The notes below the pieces were generated by a model. It did no database searches, had not been told where the DNA came from, and was given only the letters and a program-made list of their open reading frames with translations. From NCBI GenBank assembly GCA_964458565.1, contig CAYWJO010000012.1, positions 23,289 to 76,906 on the forward strand: a stretch of DNA of 53,618 nucleotides. Direction: 5' to 3'. Positions 47,731-53,618 of this stretch are shown piece after piece (positions within the stretch are counted from its first letter, which is position 1; the number at the start of each line of letters is the position of its first letter). This DNA comes from an uncultured archaeon. Its GTDB lineage: Archaea > Asgardarchaeota > Thorarchaeia > Thorarchaeales > Thorarchaeaceae. The position numbers and the translations under genes are program-made.

Positions 47731-50196
47731 TTATCTTCTACGGATCAATAGGATTGCAACACCGATGATTGCTACTCCGCCAACACCAATTGTTACGTAG
47801 AGGGTCGGAATACCAAAGACAGTTCCTTCCCACCAGTTACCTGAACCAGTTATCTGAATCTGATAACCTGGAGCAGACAAAGCATAGAAGCTTGCACCTG
47901 TCCATGCTTCAGGGCTATCTGGGTTGTATGACGCAACTGTTGTATTGAAGTAGACACAGATAGCTGGCAAATCAGTATAGAGACCTGCATTCTCAGCAGC
48001 AACAGTGTATGTTATTGTCCAAGTTGCACCCGCTGCAAGAGTGGTTCTAGTCCAATAGAACTCACGATCTCCATCTAGACCTGCGTTCATTCCATCAAGT
48101 ACCTTGACATCGTATGCAGTTTCAGTGCCATAGTTATGGACTGTTATGTTATAGTTGATTACAGAACCTGGAGCAACTATTCGTGATGCTGGGCTCTTCG
48201 TAATCACTAGGAAGGGATTATCAAACTCCATAGAATCAGGGTCGGCATCGAACGTCAGTGTAAGGTCATCTGTGTCAAGCTCAAACATAGTGAAGTTCAT
48301 GAAACTTTCATCAAGATTCAGTGCACCAACAAATCCTAAACCTGTAGCAAATGATGTTCCTAAATCCGCCATCAGGTAAGGTATAATGTGGCTCTCTAGG
48401 TTATCCATATCTAGCATAGCATGTACTGCATTCTTGATTGGTGTCGTATCATCATCAAATGCTGCCATTGCTGTCCAAAGAGCTTGTAGTGTAATGTCCC
48501 AATGTTCGTCAACAAACGTTGCTAATGCCTCTTTGTTTTGGAACTCAGAGGGCACATCAACGTCGGCTAAATCATTCATCATGGTCTCTAGGTTGGTGAT
48601 GAAAGTGTTGAGATAACCTTCAAGCCCGTCTGCACTCGCATAGTTGGATGATTGCATGATATCGAGTAGATTGTAGGAATCGAAGTAACTAATGAACCCT
48701 AATGCTACTGCTGCTAGTGGATTCTCTTCTGCTAATGTGTCATTAATGTGTGTCATCAGAGTAGTTGGATTCATTCCAGCATATTCCATCACAGCTGCAA
48801 CCAGATCAAAGTTGATACTGAAACCCTCTGGTGTCATGCCTGGTGGAAAATCATTCTCATCCAAGTCCAGGAGCATTTCATCGAGATCTGGGAATCCTGC
48901 GCTGCTCCCTGTGCCCCATAGAGCATCAATATAGGGATCGAACGCGTTTGCATCAAGAGCAAATACTGAGCTTAATTCAATAGCTAATTCTCTTGGAAGA
49001 TGTGATAGATATGCCATCATTACATCTTGAAGTGTAGAGTTGACAGGAAGTGTTCCACCATAAGGTAGTGGGATTGGTAATGGAATTTCATAACTGTCAT
49101 CGAATGTAGCCCAATCATTGGGAATTCCGCTGATTGATAGACTGGCAGGTGCAACTCCTCCAATTACTGACACTGCGTCTCTAGTTGAGTCCTGTGCCAT
49201 CTTGTTCTGAAGATTTCCGGTGAACCCAAGATGATCTAAGACCGAATATGTTTCATCACCTGCAACTGAATCGATATAGCCTGGTTCAGTGAATCCAGCT
49301 TGAGCAATTAGTGCGGCTTGTACTATTTCCTGATATTCGGGATGAGATACATGTGCTCGATAGTATGGATAGCTCATACTGCTGAGAAGGTATTGAATTC
49401 CATACCCATATGGTGCATCCTCTACAGCCCAGTAGACTGGCATGAATGCTTCTACTGCCTGTGTCATTATATATGGCCAATCTGGACTGCCACAGATGTC
49501 CATGAACCCTCCCATCTCGCTAAAGCGGGTGAGAAGTGTTTCAATGACTGTTTCACCTTGACTGGCTGTCATCAGATCCATGTACACAATCTCATATTGC
49601 ATTGGATACATGAACTCATCACTGATGAGAATTGGTGCAAAATAGTAAAAGCTTGTGTCCTGTGTTGGTATGACAGCGAATCTCTCCAAGCTAATTCCAA
49701 GGTCACTATCATACTCATCGGCGATTTCATCAGCTATGTTAATTGCCTCCGTCACACTCAAGTCTGTGAAGCTAGCAAGTCCTTCATCAAGGGGGACTTC
49801 AAGAATAGATTTCACAGTGACTGTAAGTGTAGCAATTGGTCCACCAACTACTCCATTCGGGAATGGTGTTAGACCATTTATTTCGAATATGGCATTAGAC
49901 ACAAAACCATCGTCGCTTGCCATTTGAGCTTGTACGATATCCAAAAGATCCTCTGCAGCGCTGTTAGCATACTCTGTTGCATTTTGAGCACTCGCAACAA
50001 TATTTGTTACTCCACCCCAATAGTCCACACCTGAGAATAATCCCTCAACGGTGGCAATTTCGGGGGGTTCCATCATCGCTGGCTCGGCACTTATTCGAGC
50101 TGGCGTGCTTTGTGTTGAATTTGCAGCAATCGTAGGCAACAATAAAGTAGCGAGTACGAACACTGCAAACAATGAAGTGTAATTCTTATGATTCAT
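47731..50196 (-). CDS. Large acidic surface/envelope protein, tandem paralog
   Basis: Shares VD.WGGV, HWDITLQALW.AM.AF, PAIC.YFN and WTG.SFY..S; ends WWEGT, TM, RRR. Confidence 0.75.
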   Translation of the reverse strand: MNHKNYTSLFAVFVLATLLLPTIAANSTQSTPARISAEPAMMEPPEIATVEGLFSGVDYWGGVTNIVASAQNATEYANSAAEDLLDIVQAQMASDDGFVSNAIFEINGLTPFPNGVVGGPIATLTVTVKSILEVPLDEGLASFTDLSVTEAINIADEIADEYDSDLGISLERFAVIPTQDTSFYYFAPILISDEFMYPMQYEIVYMDLMTASQGETVIETLLTRFSEMGGFMDICGSPDWPYIMTQAVEAFMPVYWAVEDAPYGYGIQYLLSSMSYPYYRAHVSHPEYQEIVQAALIAQAGFTEPGYIDSVAGDETYSVLDHLGFTGNLQNKMAQDSTRDAVSVIGGVAPASLSISGIPNDWATFDDSYEIPLPIPLPYGGTLPVNSTLQDVMMAYLSHLPRELAIELSSVFALDANAFDPYIDALWGTGSSAGFPDLDEMLLDLDENDFPPGMTPEGFSINFDLVAAVMEYAGMNPTTLMTHINDTLAEENPLAAVALGFISYFDSYNLLDIMQSSNYASADGLEGYLNTFITNLETMMNDLADVDVPSEFQNKEALATFVDEHWDITLQALWTAMAAFDDDTTPIKNAVHAMLDMDNLESHIIPYLMADLGTSFATGLGFVGALNLDESFMNFTMFELDTDDLTLTFDADPDSMEFDNPFLVITKSPASRIVAPGSVINYNITVHNYGTETAYDVKVLDGMNAGLDGDREFYWTRTTLAAGATWTITYTVAAENAGLYTDLPAICVYFNTTVASYNPDSPEAWTGASFYALSAPGYQIQITGSGNWWEGTVFGIPTLYVTIGVGGVAIIGVAILLIRRR

Positions 50197-50357
50197 ATCA
50201 TCCTTTCCCCATAAGGTTAAGTCTCAGCTTGATATTGGCTAGACTAGATAAGGCTAATATATTGTTCAAAATGTAGGTTTATGAAATTTGTGTCGCTGTT
50301 TACCTGTCGAATTATCGATATTGTTTTGTCGAAGAGATGAATTGTGAGAGGTATATC

Positions 50358-51617
50358 CTACTCTTCAAATTTATCATCCATAGAATCTTCTTCACTCTCA
50401 GGTATATCTGATTCCGAATCAAAATCATCCGGTTTTTTAAAATCATCTTCAGTATTCGTTAGAGGTTCTGCTTCTTCTACATCTAAGTCTTCATCCTCGA
50501 CCTTCTCTTCAATCAGGTCTCCTATTGTATCAACTGGTCCAACTGGTTCCTCTGGTTCTTTTCTTATCACCCACAAGTATCGTATTTCCATGATTAATGC
50601 AATGAATGGGAATATCATTAGTTTGATGATATTGTCGATATTCGGTCCAAGTGCGGGAGCTTGAATAATAAAGAATGCATCAGCAAAATAATATCCAGAT
50701 GCTAGGAAATACGTGAATGTAGCAGCGAGTTCTCTAGATATTTTGAAACGAGTTTCCATATCTGCTCGACCAGCCAGAGTTCTCCCTACAGAACTCATGG
50801 TGTACAACAGGAAGAAGATGGAAATTACAATATCAACTAGTGGATTGCCACCTGCTTGCCCTGCACTATAAATGAAATAAGATGAGTATAAAGAGATAAA
50901 CAATCCAATCAATGCTATGTTGATGAGTGTAGGTTTGTTCCTCTGAGCAGTCATGATAATTCCATTCAAGAAATTAAATCCTGCAACCAATAGAGTTCCT
51001 ACCAATACCCATGCCCATTGGAAGATGTTAGTTAGGAATAATCCTTGGATTATTGTGATATACAGAAATACTCCAAAAATAACTGCATAGCAGAAGAAAT
51101 ACGAGAAAAACGCTAGTGCCTGTTTCCATTTAGAAACTTCAGTTGCTTCAGTTATTTGTGCAAAACCCAAACTTGTACGTGTGCTAAAATATGCTTGAAA
51201 TCCAATCCATCCAAGAAAAGCGACTAGGAATATCAATGTAAGAAGAACTGGAAGAGCAAAGAAGACCATCATAAAAAGAATGAAAGTACTCATTATCATC
51301 CATGGTATAAAATACAGAAATGATCTAGTATAGGATTCCTCACTTGCGATGAATCGTTGAAACCCCAATAGAGATAGAAATGCAGTGAGTAGGAAGAATA
51401 TTGGCCAAACTCCTCCACCGACAGCCGCAATTACTGTTACCACGCCTGCAAGAGCAGCATCTCCAGGATTTGATGCAACAATCAAACCACCAAGCCGACC
51501 TAATATTGAGGTTATCAAAGCTCCAAGAATAAAGATGATTGTAAGCCATCTCAATCTCTTAGAAGCCCAAAATAGATTCAATCCTTCAATAAATTTTGTA
51601 AGAATAGGAATCTCCAT
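50358..51617 (-). CDS. Polytopic membrane protein with an acidic C-terminal tail
   Basis: About 10 TM helices and a D/E-rich tail. Confidence 0.75.
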   Translation of the reverse strand: MEIPILTKFIEGLNLFWASKRLRWLTIIFILGALITSILGRLGGLIVASNPGDAALAGVVTVIAAVGGGVWPIFFLLTAFLSLLGFQRFIASEESYTRSFLYFIPWMIMSTFILFMMVFFALPVLLTLIFLVAFLGWIGFQAYFSTRTSLGFAQITEATEVSKWKQALAFFSYFFCYAVIFGVFLYITIIQGLFLTNIFQWAWVLVGTLLVAGFNFLNGIIMTAQRNKPTLINIALIGLFISLYSSYFIYSAGQAGGNPLVDIVISIFFLLYTMSSVGRTLAGRADMETRFKISRELAATFTYFLASGYYFADAFFIIQAPALGPNIDNIIKLMIFPFIALIMEIRYLWVIRKEPEEPVGPVDTIGDLIEEKVEDEDLDVEEAEPLTNTEDDFKKPDDFDSESDIPESEEDSMDDKFEE

Positions 51618-51660
51618 CTTTTCTCCTCCATGGACTGGATTATGATACGATAAAAGCTAT

Positions 51661-52125
51661 TTATCCCTTAAGAACGTGCGCAATTTCAGCTTCTAACGTA
51701 GGTTGTGATTCAGGTTTTTCTATTATTGTTGCTACCTCATTCCCATTCTTATCAAAGATGATAATCCATGGGATAGATCTTACTTTCCATTCGTCAACTT
51801 CCGGTGGTGAAGGTGGGACTGCCCATTGCCTGTCAGGATTTAGAGGGTCCGTCTTTATCTTACCAAATACTCTGACTTCAAGGCCAATTTTTTCTTGTAG
51901 ATGCCGAAGAACTGGAAGTGCGAATTTACAATCTTTACACCAACTTGCACTTAGTACTACAATGGTCATTCCATCTGCAAGCTTCTTGATTTCCTCAACC
52001 ATCTTCATATCAATTTCATATCCATCATAGTACTCCCTGAAGAGGTCTCCATCCTTTCCTTCCATTTTATCAATGTACTCAATAGCACTCACAGTACGTG
52101 TTCTAATATTGTCTAGATCTACCAT
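51661..52125 (-). CDS. Thioredoxin-family protein
   Basis: WCKDC active site and SIP cis-Pro motif. Confidence 0.85.
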   Translation of the reverse strand: MVDLDNIRTRTVSAIEYIDKMEGKDGDLFREYYDGYEIDMKMVEEIKKLADGMTIVVLSASWCKDCKFALPVLRHLQEKIGLEVRVFGKIKTDPLNPDRQWAVPPSPPEVDEWKVRSIPWIIIFDKNGNEVATIIEKPESQPTLEAEIAHVLKG

Positions 52126-52239
52126 AGTATATCCGATGTTTAGTTGGTTGAAAAATCCTTCTCAATGTATATCGGAACAACAAACTGGCAAGGCTCTTAT
52201 GGAATTGTTATATGATGAATATTGAACAGAGTGATATGT

Positions 52240-52788
52240 ATGTCAGTAGAGGTATACAAGGTCCTTATCGTTGGTCCACCTAATGTGGGTAAATCATCGC
52301 TCGTTCGCAGATATAATCAAGGTGAGTTTGTAGAATCCTATCAGGCAACTGTCGGCGTTGATATGCAGCCACAGAGGTTCGAATTTCCTGATGGCAATGT
52401 TGTACTGACAATTGTAGATGTTGGAGGGCAGGAAACATTTTATGGATTAAGACATCGGTTTCTCCAAGGGGCGCATCACGCAATACTGGTGTATGACGTG
52501 ACAGACCGGACATCTTTCAAGGAAATACTAAAGTGGCATTCGATCTTTTTTGAGCAGTCTATGCACCCCGATACAGCTTATTTGGGCGGCGCTCTTGTTG
52601 CGAACAAAGTTGATTTGGAAACAGAGCGAAAGGTTACATCTGTGGAGGGTGAATTATTAGCTGACCTGCTTACCTTTGATTACTTTGAAACCTCTGCTAA
52701 GTTAGGTCTCAATGTTTCCGAGCTCTTTCTTAGCGCTGCGACTTCTTCAAGAGATCGTTTAAAATCATTCACTAGAAAATCAGAATGA
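52240..52788 (+). CDS. Rab-like small GTPase (eukaryotic signature protein)
   Basis: G1 GPPNVGKS, G2 YQATVG, G3 DVGGQE, G4 NKVD and G5 ETSAK. Confidence 0.9.
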   Translation: MSVEVYKVLIVGPPNVGKSSLVRRYNQGEFVESYQATVGVDMQPQRFEFPDGNVVLTIVDVGGQETFYGLRHRFLQGAHHAILVYDVTDRTSFKEILKWHSIFFEQSMHPDTAYLGGALVANKVDLETERKVTSVEGELLADLLTFDYFETSAKLGLNVSELFLSAATSSRDRLKSFTRKSE

Positions 52789-52805
52789 ATCACATATTTT
52801 CTATC

Positions 52806-53618
52806 TCATTGTGTTGCCGCTGTCATCCTGCAATCATCGATTTTGAGAGTGGGGATTATTGTCGGGACATCAACCTCCCACCAGAAAATCTGTTTTCTAT
52901 CATTTCCCAGAGATGATATGTTTGAGAATAATCTCAGAATATTATCGCTTAATCGGAGGTTCTTGATTGGTTTCATATTTCCTTTTTCTATTAGGAACAT
53001 TGCATCTCTAGGAATAGTCGAGAATTCTCCGGTCTGGTAGTTCTGCCACCTTGTATACCAGTTACTAGTCACATAGATGGTTGGTTTGTGCGTATCCATC
53101 ATTTCATCAAGTGTAGACCTACCATTCTCAAATACGATGTTAGTTGGAACCGGGAGAAGCATTTTCAACCCTTGACCTAACGACATTGGTCCTGAGTTAC
53201 CTGTGGATTCTGTTTCATACATCTTTGCTGTTGTTGTATTATGAACGAGTTTCTTCAAAACTCCATCTTTTATCAGTGTCGTGTTTTGTGAAGGTGTTCC
53301 TTCAAAATCAAACCTTTGGCTTGCAAGTCCACCAGGGAAAAGAGGATTGTCATGAACAGTAATCTCTTTTGGTGCAATCTGCTCTCCCATTTTATCTTCC
53401 AATGGTGACAAACCAAGCATCAACATGAAGGGGTTTGCAGCGCTTGGCACATATCCAATAACATTGGCTGCAACCGTTGGGCTCATTATTAGGTCATAGG
53501 TACCCGGTTCTCCCTGCTTTGCCCCAATCGCCATTTTCGATAGTCTTCCGGCTTCTGCACCAGCAGCTACCATTTCCTTCTCGGATACAGAAGGTTTAGT
53601 CCCACAATTCAAGCCCTG
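52806..53618 (-). CDS. TldD/PmbA family protein, 5'-truncated by the window edge
   Basis: FDFEGTP, LIKDGVL, STGNS, TGEFS and IKNLRLSDN. Confidence 0.85.
   Translation of the reverse strand, partial: QGLNCGTKPSVSEKEMVAAGAEAGRLSKMAIGAKQGEPGTYDLIMSPTVAANVIGYVPSAANPFMLMLGLSPLEDKMGEQIAPKEITVHDNPLFPGGLASQRFDFEGTPSQNTTLIKDGVLKKLVHNTTTAKMYETESTGNSGPMSLGQGLKMLLPVPTNIVFENGRSTLDEMMDTHKPTIYVTSNWYTRWQNYQTGEFSTIPRDAMFLIEKGNMKPIKNLRLSDNILRLFSNISSLGNDRKQIFWWEVDVPTIIPTLKIDDCRMTAATQ

Overview
This is a gene-dense archaeal chromosomal window, most likely from an Asgard archaeon and probably Thorarchaeota-like. That assignment is an inference from a Rab-like GTPase, a TPR protein, C-terminally anchored surface proteins and archaeal TATA/SD signals. 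Most of the window is peptide, amino-acid and central metabolism plus transport. It holds two divergent carbamoyltransferases, tandem nucleotidyltransferases, an opp/dppBCDF operon with no binding-protein gene, two extra OppD-like ATPases, a DUF362 Fe-S protein, DinB, two MFS transporters, an amidohydrolase, a class I GAPDH, an M20 peptidase, tandem DUF4139 proteins, an FtsX/MacB permease, OsmC, rubredoxin, thioredoxin and TldD/PmbA. The most unusual part is the low-coding-density stretch at about 37.4-42.9 kb, which contains several candidate structured non-coding RNAs of about 70-150 nt. Two of them (37456-37548 and 41898-42007) share exact 18-nt and 11-nt loop motifs while their long closing stems differ in sequence yet still pair. 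In both, G-U wobbles and upstream TATA-like boxes point to the minus strand. The cluster sits just upstream of a HEPN-motif (RNDVVH) gene. Other points of interest are a shared W(W)EG[ST]-TM-basic C-terminal motif on three surface proteins, several unannotated small ORFs, and decayed gene duplicates. All calls were made by eye; no database searches were run.
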